NCBI RefSeq assembly: GCF_009914755.1
Contig: NC_060947.1
Direction: 5' to 3' (one strand)
From: the human T2T-CHM13v2.0 reference genome, Homo sapiens
Length of the DNA stretch: 64,000 nt
The position numbers and the translations under genes were made by a program. The notes under the pieces were generated by a model. That model searched no databases. It saw only the letters and a program-made list of their open reading frames with translations, and was not told the origin of the DNA. This document shows, one piece after another, positions 45,698 to 61,703 of the stretch; the first letter of the stretch is position 1; every line of letters starts with the position of its first letter.

Positions 45698-46297
45698 TGA
45701 TACGGCTCCAATGACTGGGGGAACTCCAGGGTCCTTAGTCTCATGTCGAGTTAGATAAAACGACACAGATACACGTGGAGTGGTTTTAAGTAGTGGAGAG
45801 TTTAATAGACTAGAAAGAAGGAAGAAGCTCCCTCCTACAGCTGAGAGAGGAAACCTCGAATGTGGTGGAAAACAGCCAGTTATATGAGGAGGCTGGAGGA
45901 GGCAGTGTCTGATTTGCATAGGGCTCAGGGGATTGGTTTGACCAGGTATGTCGTTGACATAGCCTGCGAGAAAACTGGCCCTCCCACCCTAGCGTTTTAA
46001 TGTGCAAATGTATCCCCATGATGTTCTACACATGTGGGGGATATGTGGGGGTGGCCATGTTGCCAGGAACATGTTGGGGCAAGGGGAAGAAGATGGTGGG
46101 AATCGCCACGTTTGTGTGGACCCAGTTTCCAGTGGCAGGTATTTGCATATCAAAGCTTGCCGGCCCAACTTTAAGAGCCTGGGCTTTCCCGCTAGACAAG
46201 AAACGTTTCTGGAGCAGCTTTAAAAGAAACAAAAACTTCCCAAGGACCCCCTTTCCTATCTATTGCCTAAAATAATTTCTTAGTAACTCCTATAACA
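45698..46297 (-). mobile_element. ERV1 solo LTR, LTR9/LTR9B-like
   Basis: TG...CA termini with TSD GTAG/TTAG. The reverse complement begins TGTTATAGGAGTTACTAAGAAATTATTTTAGGCA. Two ATTTGCAT octamers are present. Confidence 0.72.
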
Positions 46298-46543
46298 TTA
46301 GAACATCATGTTTGATCCTCACCCAATCCCAAAAGCTTCAAGTGGATTTGGAGAATGTTCTGGTTGTTGGATACTGCTATAGCCATATAGAGGAGAGAGC
46401 TGCACTGAGACAAGGAAACCCGTTCTTTCTCATTTCCTCTATTCATTTTTAGACTGCTCATCAGGTCACTAGCAAAGGGACTGTTAGGTGCTTAGTTTAG
46501 AAGATGTCTCAGCAACTTTTTGTTCAAATGGTCAGGCAATTAG

Positions 46544-46969
46544 TAGTTGACCTTTGAACAATGTGGGGGCTAGGGATGACTCTGTTGCATAATCAAAAAT
46601 CCATGTATAATTTTTGATGCCCCCAAAACTTAACTACTAATAGCCTACTGTTGACTGAAAGCCTTACCAATAATATAAACAATTGATTAACACATACTTT
46701 ATATGCTATGTGTATTACATACAGTATTCTTGTAATAAAATACACTAGAGAATAGAAAATATTAAGAAAATCATAAGAAAAAGAAAATGTATTTACTAGT
46801 AAGTGGAAGTAGATCATCATAAAGGTCTTAATTTTTGTCATCTTCACGTTGAATCAGTGGAGGAAGAAGAGGAATTGGTCTTGCTGTCTTAGGAGTGGCA
46901 GAGACTGCAGAAAATTTGCATAGAAATTAACCCGTGCAGTTCAAATATGTGTTGTTCAAGAGTCAACTG
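46544..46969. mobile_element. Tigger2a/MER28-like DNA transposon
   Basis: Terminal inverted repeats agttgacctttgaacaa / ttgttcaagagtcaact(g) followed by TA. Confidence 0.8.
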
Positions 46970-48599
46970 TAGTTCTTGCTAAAGAACAGGGCATGGTAAT
47001 GTAATCTGCAAAGATAGGCATGTTTCCAGGCTGGTGATGAGATAAGGGAAGTGCTTCAAAGAATGCTGCTTTTACAAATACAGAAGCTTGTGATAGCATT
47101 TTCACTGTGTTGACCACTTTGAAAGTATTTGTAATATCCTGAATCTCAAAGAGACTCTATCCTTTACTCTCTAAGCTTTGCTTAGTTTGCCTGATTACAT
47201 TTGTTAATTGCTGACACTGTTATTGGGGAGAAAAAGATGCTACTGTATGCTCATTTTTCTCTTTTCTGGCACTGTACAATGAAATTTTTCCTGCACTTGG
47301 CAAAGATTCTCACAAACGTAGCCCAGTGTATCATACAGAGGGACACAGAGGAAAAATATTGCAAAGATATGACACTAGCCTCATAACATAAATTAAGGAT
47401 GCATGAAAACAAAAAACACACTTGGATAACTGTACAGTTTAGGTGAGAAATTAAAACTGAGGTGAATTTCTTTTAGCATTCTTTGATATTAGATGAAGAA
47501 GTTATTTGTACATATGTGTTAGAAGAATCATTCGTTTATGTGACATGAAGGATTATAAACAAAATTTAAATATTAAGGTGGGGAAGATGAGAACAGCCTT
47601 GTATATTTAATTTTTTATTAGTCTACTACTACCAGTGTCCATTGTGTGTGGCACTGAAATCCCATTCACTATGTATGAATTCTTAAACAGGGCTTAGTAT
47701 TTAGGACTCTTAAGAATCTATAATTATTCTGAGATTAACACATTTCTGTAGAGCACTTTATAACTCATAGGTATTCCCTCTACATTATCTTGAGTTGTAA
47801 GACAACCCTATGTTGTAAATAGGGATTATTATCCTCATTTTATGTATTATAAAACTGAGGCTCATAAGAAAAAGTCTTATCTGTAATCCACAGACTACTA
47901 ATGGAGAGCCAAAATGCAAATCTAGGTCTTATGTTACATCCAGTTTTTTTTCTTCCAATAAACCATGTTCTGCATATCTTAATCATCAGTAGTGTGTAAG
48001 TCAATTAAAAACTTAGGAGCTCTCTGTTGCTGTGAGAGGTATGGAAGAAATTATTTTTTGATATCTGCAATGTTCATATTATCATGAGGGACTGGACAGA
48101 TAGGCGAAGGGAAATGGCTCATTGTTCATCAACCTTTAGGGTAACAGCTAAAATACATGTGTATCAGATGGTGGAGTGCCTCAAATATTAAAATCCTCTG
48201 AGCAGCAGTGGTCTATGTCTGTGGTAATTCAAAAGGCAGCTACACTGATTGGCAGTGACCATAGTAGATAACAAAACAACTCAGTTCAGAAGCTCGTGCT
48301 ACACAGTCCACAAGGGAAGGTGCCTAAAGTAAAGGGCCTGATGCCGCTTACCTGGCCTATGTGAAACTCACCCGTTTGACTGATGAGTTTTTATCTTTGT
48401 TGCTTTTGTTGACACAAGGAATATAATGCATCATGGAACACCAGAATAGCATGAGATGACAAGATGAGATACTGGTTCAAAAATGAACAGCAGGTATAAA
48501 TAAAATTATATGTAAAATTCTAGTAGAGAACATTTTTACAAAGAGAATGTGAGGATTTTACAAATGTGTATGTATAGACTCACATAGCATTATAATATA

Positions 48600-48898
48600 A
48601 TCAGCCTTCCATATCTGTAGGTTCCACATCTGTAGATTCAACCAACCATGGATCGAAGTTATTTGAGAAAAAAACAAAAAAATAAGAATACAACAATAAA
48701 GTGCAAATAAAAATACAGTATGTAAACATAGCATTTACATTGTATTAGGTTTTATAAGTAATCTAGAGATGATTTACAGTATACAGAAGGATATGCATAG
48801 GTTATATGCAACTACTATGCCATTTTATATAAGGGACTTGAGCATTTTGGTATCTGTGGAAGTCCTGGAACCAATCCCCAGTGGATACCAGATGACTG
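48600..48898. mobile_element. MER2/MER2B DNA transposon
   Basis: Homologous to 12917-13218 (gattcaaccaaccatggat...gcataggttatatgcaa). Confidence 0.75.
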
Positions 48899-50411
48899 TT
48901 CTAGGATATTTATCTTTAATCATCTTCAAATGGTAATTAGAACTATATTTTACCTTTTCATTTCTCATCTGACCAACTGGCATATTCATGATAAAATGGT
49001 AAAAGGCCCAGTACTCCCAGTAAGTATTATCTTTACCTACAATGAATATTTTTCAGTTTTCTTGCTTTAAAAATTTTGTGATTATTGTTTTTATTACAGT
49101 GTTTCGGTAGAATTTGATTTTTAAAAATATAGCTACTTTCCATCTGAATTTTTTTCTATCTCAGAACACATTTCTATTACTGAATCTTCTAAGTGCTGTA
49201 GTTTGTGGTATCTGCTAGCCTCATATGAAGTTATTAATGGCTATTTTCACTGTCTACCTTAAAAGCAGAGCTTCTGGGAGAAGTTCATCATGTTGTCTTG
49301 ATAATAGCAAATCATGAGCTAGCTGCTCGTACACATCTTCCACAAAATAGGAATAATACTTAGCCATGAATTTTCAAAAGGATTAATTTTGCTTTGTTAT
49401 ATACAAAGCAATATCTGGAATAGCTTAATGATTGCAATCAGGCAGGTCTACTTTGTGGAGGATAATCTGAATTAAAATATGAAGATAACTTAGGATTTTT
49501 TTTTTCTGTTTCTCCTCTTCCAGTATTTAGTCTTTGGAAATAGGTCTTACCTACCTAGCTTAGAAGAAAATCTTAGGTCTATAAAATCTTAATATGAAAA
49601 GTCAGTTTCCATTTTCATTTTCTGTACTTAATAGTAACATGACCTTAATGTCTTAGCATAAATGAATTTTTATGGTCGTGCTATAGCAAAACAGTGGTAG
49701 TGTTGCCAGTTAGTCTTTGTTTCTTATTAAAACATAGCAGCATAATTCCTCTGGGTCCTTGCATGTGCTGGGCTCCTTTATCCCAAGGAACTCAAACATA
49801 TCCCCCTAGTTGTCAAGACTTAGTGGAAGGCAAGATGGTTTACAGCCACCACAGTAAATACATAAGTTCTTTAATTCACTGCTGAACTATTGTTAAGTTG
49901 AAGCCAATTCTAAACTTTAACTGAGTGTACAGCTCTATATTGTCAAATAGGGAATGAACCTTCAAACTGACAAGCCCTGTAAAGTAACTGTCTTATAATG
50001 AAGTGCCTAATTTTATTTGGCTTTATGGTTCAAGTGAAGTTATCCATTTAAAGTCAATTAATTATTTCATTTTTCTGGCCTATATTAGATTTGAGAGTCT
50101 CTTTATTGTGACATATTCAGGCCTCTTTAGTTTAGATGATGTCAATAATTTATTATAAATTCTTATCTTCAGAATTTTATAACAGTAATACGAATTTGCT
50201 TGTAGCTGACAACTGCCATAATTTTTTCTTGGCAAGTTTTTCTCACCAGAAAAAAAAAAAGAACTAACGGAGAGGTTACTTTTAAAAAACTCATTATAGT
50301 GCTTGATGCTTTTTGTCTTTGATGCAATCCTCTCTGCCATTTACTTATTAAAGAAGAAAATAACCTTTGGCACATAATTTTAGAAAGGTTTCTCAACTTT
50401 AGCACTATTGA

Positions 50412-51870
50412 TTTTTTTTAATGGAGGCAAAATTTATATAACATAGACTTGACTGTTTTAAAGTGTATAATTCAGTGGCATTTAGTACATTTTGTAACCA
50501 GAAGGTTGCTGTGCTGTAAGGAAAATAGTTACAAAATGTACTAAAGGTTGCTGTGCAACCTTCCAGTTATAAAACATTTTCATCACTTCCAAAGGAGATC
50601 CTATTCCCATTAAGCAGTCACTTAATCCCTTCCCATTATCAACATCCCTTACCAGAGAGGTACATTTGTTACAATCAATGAGATTACATTGACATGTCAT
50701 TATCACCCAAAGTCCATAATTTACATTAGGGTTCACTCTTGTTGTTGTATATTCTATGAGTTTGGGTAAATGCGTAAAGAATGACATGTACCCACCATTA
50801 TAGTATTATACAGAGTAGTTTCACTGCCCTAAAAAAAAATCCTCTGTGTGCCACCTATTCATGCCTCCTGCCCACTCCCTCTCCACCCCTGGCAATCACT
50901 GATCTTTTTATTATCTCTGTGATTTTGCCTTCTCAGATTGAAGAGAAAGAAGCCTTCTCAGATTGGCTTCTTTCACTTAGTATTATGCATTTAGGATTCT
51001 TTCATGTCTTTCCATGATTTGATGCTTGTAAATTCTCAACTGTTTGGGGGTAAATATCAAGGAGTACCATTGCTGTATCATATGGTAAGAGTATGTTTAG
51101 TTTTGTAAGAAACCATGAAACCGTCTTCTAAGTGGCTTTACTATTTTACATTCCCACCAGCAATGAAAGAGAGTTTCTATTGCTCCATGTCCTTGCCAGC
51201 ATTTGATGTTGTCAGTGTTCTAGATTTTGGCCAGTTAAATAGGTGTGTAGTGGTATCTTCTTGTTTTAACTTGCAATTCCCTGATGACATATAGCCATGA
51301 GCTGCATAATGATGTTTTCTTCAATGACAGACCACATATATGAAGGTGGTCCCATAAGATTATATACCGTATTTTTACGGTAACTATCCTATGTTTAGAT
51401 ATGTTTAGATACACAAATACTTACATTATGTTACTTACAGTATTCACTGTATTCAGTAAGTTGCTTATAGTATTCAGTACAGTCACATGCCATACAGTTT
51501 TGTAGCCTAGGAGCAATGAGACTATACCATATAGCCTAGGTGTATAGTAGGTTATGCCATCTAGGCTTGTGTAAGTATACTCCATGATGTTTGCGTAACA
51601 ACAAAATCACCTAACGATGCATTTCTCATGATGCATCCTGCCGTTAAGCGACACATGACCAAATGCTGTGGAGCATATTTTCATATGTTTATTTGCCATC
51701 CATGTATCTTTTTTGGTGAGGTGTTTGTTAAGATCTTTGGCCCATTTTTATATGCTTGTTTTCTTACTGTTTTAAGAGTTCTTTATACATTTTGGATAGC
51801 AATCTTTTACCAGATGTACCTTTTTCAAATGTTTTCTCCCACTCGGTGGTTTGTCTTTTCATTCTCTCGA
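50412..51870 (-). mobile_element. Old L1MB/L1MC 3' fragments (antisense), interrupted by Tigger3a
   Basis: aagtgtataattcagtggcatttagtacatt; gtacatttgttacaatcaatg...tttacattagggttcactct; cattcccaccagcaatg. Confidence 0.7.
51292..51661. mobile_element. Tigger3a/MER7-like element
   Basis: gcataatgatgttt...ggtggtcccataagatt...tagcctaggtgtatagtaggtt...gttaagcgacacatgac. Confidence 0.78.
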
Positions 51871-52489
51871 TATAATGGTGTTTTTTATAGAAGTAAGTTG
51901 AGTCTAAAGGAGAGCAGAGTATGATTCTGGAGACCAAGGTACAGTCCTAGTCCTATCATCAAGTAGCTGTGGCTTTGGGTAAGTCACTTAACCTATAGAT
52001 TTCAGTGTAGTGTTCTGGTCAGCAAAATGAAGGGGTTAAGATGGATCAGTGGTTTCCAATGTGTTCGGTGAAGCCACAGATCTTCTAAAGGGGCCCCTGA
52101 GGGGCCACCATGAGGGAAGAGAGGAAAAGGAAGTGCCCCTGGTACATAACACCTCTCCTTCAGACAGAACAACTGTACTACATTGTATTTTATCTGTTTT
52201 TATTTCATGATAGGTTGATTTGCAGAGGATCCTATGACTAATAAAATTTAGAAAGCTACCAGATTCAATGACTCTCAAAGATCTCTTTCAGTTCTGAAAA
52301 TCTGCGACTCATGAACATTAATTACCATCCACCTTTTGAGGCTGTATTAATGTGTGAACAGATAGGAAAGAAAGTGATAGAGGAACTAGTGGAATAGCTA
52401 ATGTTATGTGCTTCTCTGATGGTGACAAATCATTCACTCTCTATTTCATGGATTTGAAGTATATAATTCTTGTTCCAATGTGGCCTATG

Positions 52490-52586
52490 TATTAGGTTGA
52501 ACCATAGGAACCTACACTTAACATATTACGTTGAACCATATGAAATGGCCTTCAAAAACTGTAATTTCATGTACTTCAACCAATAT
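52490..52586. mobile_element. MER53-like palindromic MITE with a duplicated left end
   Basis: tattaggttgaaccata, then tattacgttgaaccatatgaaat...atttcatgtacttcaacc. Confidence 0.55.
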
Positions 52587-52679
52587 AAATGCAGTATGCA
52601 TAGGGAACCCTTGAGTTCAGAGGCTTCTTAAAGCATCTAGATCGTATATGTATAAATGAATTAATTAAAAATGTGTCGC

Positions 52680-52992
<313 letters not shown>

Positions 52993-55900
52993 TCATGGGT
53001 GGTTAACAGTCCACTTTGGAAACAAATGAGATTCCAGAATTCTACACATCAGCCCACCACCTCCTTTGGGATTGATGTACATGTAGAATCAATAGGAAGA
53101 GTTTATTGAATATAATCAAAATCAATTTGGCTTTTACAATTGCTACATTCTTTTTGGCAAATGTCAGTAGCTGCCAATAGTTAAAGGCATGTGAGGTCTA
53201 GGCTCCCCACAATTTGACTACCAGGTTACAACTAAGTCTTAGGCCGAATTTTGCTATACACGGACATTTATCAACAAGATGGCACAGTTCTGCCATATAA
53301 CTTATTATATAAACTCTATGAAATCCTATTTCTTTCCTTATTTAGGATCTCCCACAATATCTTAGATAAAAAGTTCATCTAAGGCATATGTGACAGCATT
53401 CTAGCAATGGTATTCAGCTAACCCATCTAGTTAGATTAAAGCAATCAAGAATCCTTCATATCAGCAGGTAAACATGAGGCCTTTCAGGAATCAAGTCTTG
53501 GCCACCATTCCTAAGGGTACAAACTGCAGAGGCTTTAGATTTTTCTACTGTGTTCAGGCACACCCTTGACTGCTGCTGTCATTTCTGGAGCAAATTCACA
53601 TAAAAACATGTCTTTCACCAGTGAAAAGTCATTTGTGAAATTCATGTTAGTGCTTACTAACAATAGCACTAAACTCCTCAATGAAACTCCATTTCTTAAA
53701 TCCATCATGCTCTATTGTGGGCTGGAGAGAAAGATAGCCAAATGCGTTTGTAGTAGCTACCTTAGAAATGTGGCTGTTTCGTTAAATGTAACATGTGTCC
53801 TACTAGGACAGTTATCCACTTCTAGAGTCTAGATTACAACTATCACATAGAATACCTATCCTACAGTCTATGCTGATGAGTTGTAAAGCAATCATTGCAA
53901 TATAAAATTATGCATTATAAGCTATATTTCATCTTGTGAGTTTTATCTACCTGTCTTTATTTTCTATTAAATGGTGATTATTAGTCACAGCTATTACCAT
54001 AGTCTTCTATATGAGATAGAATGTAATCAGTATAGATAGGGTCCATAAACTAGAAAGGAAATCATACGGTTGTAACAACCGCAAACATCAAGACTACTGA
54101 TATTGCTGCTGGTACAATTGAGGCACCAGTAAGAGTAGAACTAGCTATCTTTGGAGTTCTCCTGTTTTGGTGATTCCATCTGATTGTGTGCTTAGTCATG
54201 ACAAATTACACTAATAATTCCATATTTGTTTGTTTCTTGGGAGCAAGGCATTGCTCTTGGTTCAGAAATATGTATTAGAATACCATACCTTTAAATCAGT
54301 TTACATAATTGCTATTAATTTGATTGGTGTAATCTGCCATTTCATGACGAATTCTTTTTGATAAGAAGTAGTTATAAAGTTTAAAACCCCTTTAAAGAAA
54401 ACTTTGCCTTTTGCCTTCCTCTGTGGGAGAATATATTGCGCCATTTCTCTCTATGTCCTTTTTCCTTACAAAGCATAAAATCATTAGATGAGAGACATCT
54501 GAATGTATTCTCTGAAATTTGGCTTTTAAGTATACCATATTGAGATAGTTAGTGTCACTCTGGTGGGAACCATGTTTGTTTTATTTTTAAAGAATACTGA
54601 CTTTATAGACACACTTTACCTCTTTTGTCATCTCTCATAGAAATCCATTTCTGGCATATTATCCACACTTTTTCCAGGAAACCTACCTGTTATCTGGTAT
54701 TTCATTGTATGCCTCTGGTACTACAGATTTGTTTAAGTTTTAGGTAATGATCATAACTACTGTATGGTCCTTAGGGGGCAGATTTCAGGTATTAAATATA
54801 TTAATAATCATTATTTTTTTCTCAGTCTCTTAGACTTCCCACTCCCACTAGCTCAATCCTGCAACTTCCAATTATTTTTTAAATATATGAGCTTTTTAAT
54901 GGGTTTCAGTTCCCTCATTCCTGTGTAAACATATACTATATGCTATACTAAACTCTAAGTTTGCAAAAACTGGTTGGGCACATGAGTACCACCATACAAT
55001 AAATTCTGAATTATTATAAACATATCAGCTATGAAAAGTTAACTTTTAATTTTCAGAAATAGTTTAACAATGGTGAAATAAATTGGGACATTGTACATAT
55101 TTCCACCTTCCTAAGTAAAAATAGGAGGATGATTTAAATAGTGTCTTTTTAGTTTGCTTAATTTTGTTTTTTAGTAAGTGAAATGTCACTTCAGAGTATA
55201 AGACTTTGATTTCCTAGGAAAAGTTGTTTCCATCAGTCTGTGATAAGAAGTACCTATTTAACACCTATTTCAGCAGAAAAAAAAAGTTTGAAGGCATTAT
55301 ATGCAGACACAACTGAATAATAGTATCAAAATGACTTACAAGCGAGAAAACAAAGAATTATGAGTTTGACACTTCATAAGATGTTTAAAAAATAAAGCTA
55401 AGCACAGGATTGGGTGGAATGGGTGCTTTTTTGATTTTCTCTGTTTGTTTGTTTATTATTGGTTTGGGATATGGTGATTGCTTGGCTGGAAAATTGTGTA
55501 TTAATATCCCAAAAGGATTCGGATCCAATACACTACTCCCACTTCCTGAAATTCTTTCCAATTATAGAACTCTTTATGGTTACAACTGAAAGTACTTAAG
55601 AAATCATATCCAACACCTTTGCTTCATCAATTAGGAAACACGTTCAGATAAATTAAGCAACAAATGTAGGATCAGGTAGCCAGTTTACTGCCAGAGCTGC
55701 AACAGGAATCCATATATCCCGACTACAAATTCAGGGCCTTTTTACCATACCACACTTTTTCCTTATCCTATAGTTTCACTTGCCTCAATGCAGGGTTGGT
55801 GAAAATGGTTAATAGATATTGGCTCTCTTAGACTTCAACAACATATCTCAAAAGGCAGCTTTCATGTGACAAACAGAAGGCTCGAATAAGCAGAGAGCTT

Positions 55901-58103
55901 TGCATGTTCTATAGTCTTGTATGAGAAATTTACAATTAAGCTGGATTACTAGAGATTTATTCAGAAAAGAAATCGGCTTCCTTGTTAATTTGTGGACTCT
56001 GTAGATTCAGTCTGTGGTACAGCAACATTTATACAATACTGGGAAAAAATTTTCAATTTGAGCAAATATATTTTGCAGATTGAGGATGCTTACCTTTTTA
56101 AACATGATTTAAAAGATTTTTAAAAACCATATTTTTATAGAAATAGCTCTAAATTAGATTATATAATTTACTGCCTTCTTGAACATCATCCTGAACATCA
56201 TATAGCCCTTTATTGGTAACTCACATTCACCATTGTAAACATAATCATTGATGTCTATAGCCTTGAGAGCTGTCAGTGTGATGGAGTTTAGATCCTACTC
56301 TAAATAACCCCCAAAGAGCCTTCTGACTCTCTTTTCCCTTGCCTTCAGATTAATTAGCTTTCACTTCTGTTGGCTTTCAGTATGTTGATCTAGTTCAGCC
56401 CACCCTGCCCCTTTTGCTTTCTAGTTTTCATGTGCAATGAGGCTTTGAAGTCTCAGGAGCCAGGCTCCTGCACATGGATAGAGGAAACTGACCTTTGGTT
56501 AGTGTAAGAAGTTGAGGTTCCCCTGTAGATAAAGCATCAAGTGAGTTGTAATGTATGACCTTGGTCATCTCTTGTGTCTAAGTTCATGAGAATGAGAATG
56601 GGTTTATTTGAGCAACTTTTGCATTTCTGCATAAACGAGGTATTACTGTCATTCATATCTGTAGTGATTATGTAAAACATTGAATAGCCACCCAAACTAT
56701 CAACCTAAAGTTCAATAAAGCATATTTTGTTATAGTTACTTGTGATTATCTAAACATACATATCTGTCATGTATGTAACTTTTCTTTCATAATCTATCCT
56801 TTCTAAGAGCTTATTTGTGGTCTGTTGTTAAAATTCCAGTGATGATAAGCTATCAACATATATTTGACCAAAGTTGAAGTTAATAAAAGCAAGCATATAC
56901 ATTATGGCAAAGGGTATTTCCTCACAAGTTTGTTATAAGTATCAAGTCCTTATAATAAGGACCATTTCTGGACCATTTCTTGAGAAGAAGTTCTGAAATT
57001 TTAAAATCTCATGATATCCCCAAAATATTTATGAATCATAAAAGTATATTGTAGCAACTATACAGCATTGGTTAATTGAAAAGACTTATAAGATTCTACG
57101 GGGTATATTCTCATAAGGCTTTAATAATGGCTCAAGGTATGGTACAGCAGGAGAGAGATCACTCACAAGGCCATTTTTAGTTGCACAGGACACATTTGTC
57201 TTCTAATTGTGAACCACCAAGATTATGTGCAAGATAACCTTGGTATCGGGAGCTAAGGCTCATGTGTACAGAAGATCTTTGATATCCCACTGGTCATGTA
57301 GCTGAAACTAGACTATGTAATCAATTAGTCAGGTGCAATCAGCCTATATGTTTTCCAAAAACAGTTCAGGACAAGCTACTACAGTGTGCCTCCAAGCGAA
57401 TTTGAGACATTAAATAGCACTTCATAAAGCTACTACATGTCATCCCAGACTTGACCAAGGAGACCAAACTCCCAGGCATTCCTGAAGTTAAGGAGACAGA
57501 CTCACGGCAAGTTAATCCTATTTATTCTATATTTCCTAAGTGTATTTTTATTATCAGCTTGATAAATATCATTTTTTTTATTTCACAGAATAACTGCCAC
57601 AATGGTAATGACAGTGAGTCACACTACTACTTATTGTAAATCTGTTTTTTTGTCAAGCCCTGAGCAAAGCACTCATTTATAACTTATAACTTGAGATTGG
57701 TGTTATTTTTTCAGTTTTATAGATGAATAAGTGACGCTTAGGTTTTTGTTTTCTTCACATGGCTATTTGTTCTGACAACCCTTTTTCTTTCTAACTAGTG
57801 CACACTAACAAGCTTGGGATATCCATAAGATTAAATTGATTACTCAAAACAACCACAAGGCTCCCCCCATCAATGCCATAATGTCTTTATTCCTTTTCTG
57901 ACTAACCTTGTTCCCACAAGAAATCCAATAACTCCAGGGTTGCACAATAGGTCTAGAGGAGAGGCCCTGACTCTTGAATTGAAGAAGAGCTATGGAATGC
58001 TAGGTTCATTTGTAGAAAGTCCTCATTCTCTGTTCTTGATGTTCTTGCTACTGTTTGCTACTGTTTCTGGTGTATAGTCTTATATCAAAAATAGGGCACC
58101 TAT

Positions 58104-58455
58104 GGCCAGGTGCTATGGTTCATGCCTGTAATCCCAGCACTTTGGGAGGCCAAGGTGGGAAGATGGCTTGAGCCCAGAGTTTGAGACCAGCCTGGGCAAC
58201 ATGGAAAAACCCCGTCTATGCAAAAAAAAAAAAAAAAAAAGAAAAGAAAGAAAAAAGAAAAAAGAGAAGTCAAGTGTGGTGGCACACACCTGTAGTCCCA
58301 GCTACTCAGGAGACTAAGGTGGAAGGGTCGCTTTAGCCCAGGAGGCAGAGGTTGCAGTGAGCCAAGATCACATCACTGCACTCTAGCCTGGGCTACAGAG
58401 CGAAACTCTGTCTCAGAAGTGAATAAATAAGTAAATAAATAAATAAATAAATAAA
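58104..58455 (+). mobile_element. AluJ element with an expanded A-rich linker and (TAAA)n tail
   Basis: AluJ-type arms; the linker at about 58221-58268 has expanded into an A/G tract. Confidence 0.9.
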
Positions 58456-60238
58456 CTAAGGCATCCAAACCACAAACTCACACACCCACCAGAAATATGC
58501 CTGCCTTCTGACCTTGAAGAACATCCGTCATGTTCAGTCTTACAATAGAGCTCTTTGTGTATCTCTTTTATTATATCTTTGTTACCTCTTGCACTGAAGA
58601 ACCTTGAGGGCAGAGGTCATCTGCTACCCATCTTTGTGACTTGTTGCATCCACTTATTTTATTTATTTTTATTATTTTCTTTTGAAGAGAAAGCATGGAT
58701 GAGAGCTTATTTATTTTGAAATTATGAAAAAGTGGTTACATTTTTTTGAATAATATACTTATTTTGTGTCTGTGTATGTGTAAATATGCCTTAGGTTTGA
58801 AATATTCAATTTAATAAGAGTATTTCCTAACCGAATCTGAAGAAAAAAGGTTTAGGTTTTTCTTTATTTCCTTTAATGGGAAAACTGCATGTTTTAAATA
58901 ACACCTCAGTATTGTGTTCTCAAGGCACATTTACATTCTGTATACTTGTCACATCATATAATCCTTGATTAAGGCATGCACATGATTCCTGATAGCTGTA
59001 ATTTAACTCACACAATTTAAGGAGAAAGAGGCAATTAAGGAAGTGATCACTCAATTTAAGGAAGTGATGGACTTTAGTTTCAAACATCATGGCTTTAGTT
59101 AAACATCCTAACGCAAGCCCTTGCAGCCTGGAAATTGCCCCATGTTTTTAGAGGAGATAATCTGATTTCATCCTATAGATCAAAGCTGCCACCTTCTCCC
59201 TTATTTTGTTTTCGCATTTTAAAAAATTCTAATTTTAGGGGCACATGTTCTCAGGATCTCCTGAGGGCTGTGTCATGGGCAAAAAAGAAAATAATCTAGT
59301 TCTGGTATCATCATTTAGGGTCCATTAGGTTTCCAAATACTTTGATGAGCACTGGCAAATTCTCTGCCACTACTTCCTGTTCCCTAATAAATGGCAGACA
59401 TAACTAATCTATAATAGTATCTTTCCTACAGGTCAGATTCTTACTTTAAGTGATATCTTCTAATGGACTGGATTTGGCAAGTGAGATAAAATCTACTTGC
59501 CAGCTGAATCCATGTAGAGTTCTTAGTATTATATTACCTTGCCGCCCAGTACAAGAAATACATAGAATATGATCATGGAATGCTTGGTAATTTGATTAGA
59601 CTTGGATTAGAAGCTTTGTGTCCTGCTGTATTACCTTCCATTTGCTTATTCTTCTAAATTAGACTGCTTTCTGGTTACTGGAGTCAGTGGCTTGCTTTGA
59701 CTCACCTTTTTGAGTTGGATAGCATATAAGAAAGTAATTATCTCTTAGAAGCATTTAGCTTTTTTCTCTTAAAAGTTCAAAATACATTAATGTTGATTGA
59801 TTTATCTTCAGAAAAACTGATTCGAAACCCAGGGATATCTTAGACCACATTAACATATATATTGTCTTTAAAACAAGGAAGCCAATAATCCTGACCAGTT
59901 TTGCACTTGTCAGACCAAACACAAAGTATTGCGCTCAGCATAGGTCACTGTATTTTGAGAGGAAGATGATGCAGACTCAAATCCATTTTCTATGGCAAAC
60001 AGATGAAGAAGCAAGACATGTTTATTCTGGAAAGGAGAAGTCCCACGGGAAACCATTTACTGTCTTTCTTCATGTATTAGTTGGCCTGTTATATGGAGGA
60101 GACTTATGCGTTAATTCAGAGGGTATAAATAAGACTAATGGCTAGGAAGTTGTTAAATCAGTAAAATATCTCTTGAAAAAGGGTACTATAGTCAAATATC
60201 ACAAATGCATGTATCATGTTCCTTTTCAGATTTACAAA

Positions 60239-61703
<1,465 letters not shown>

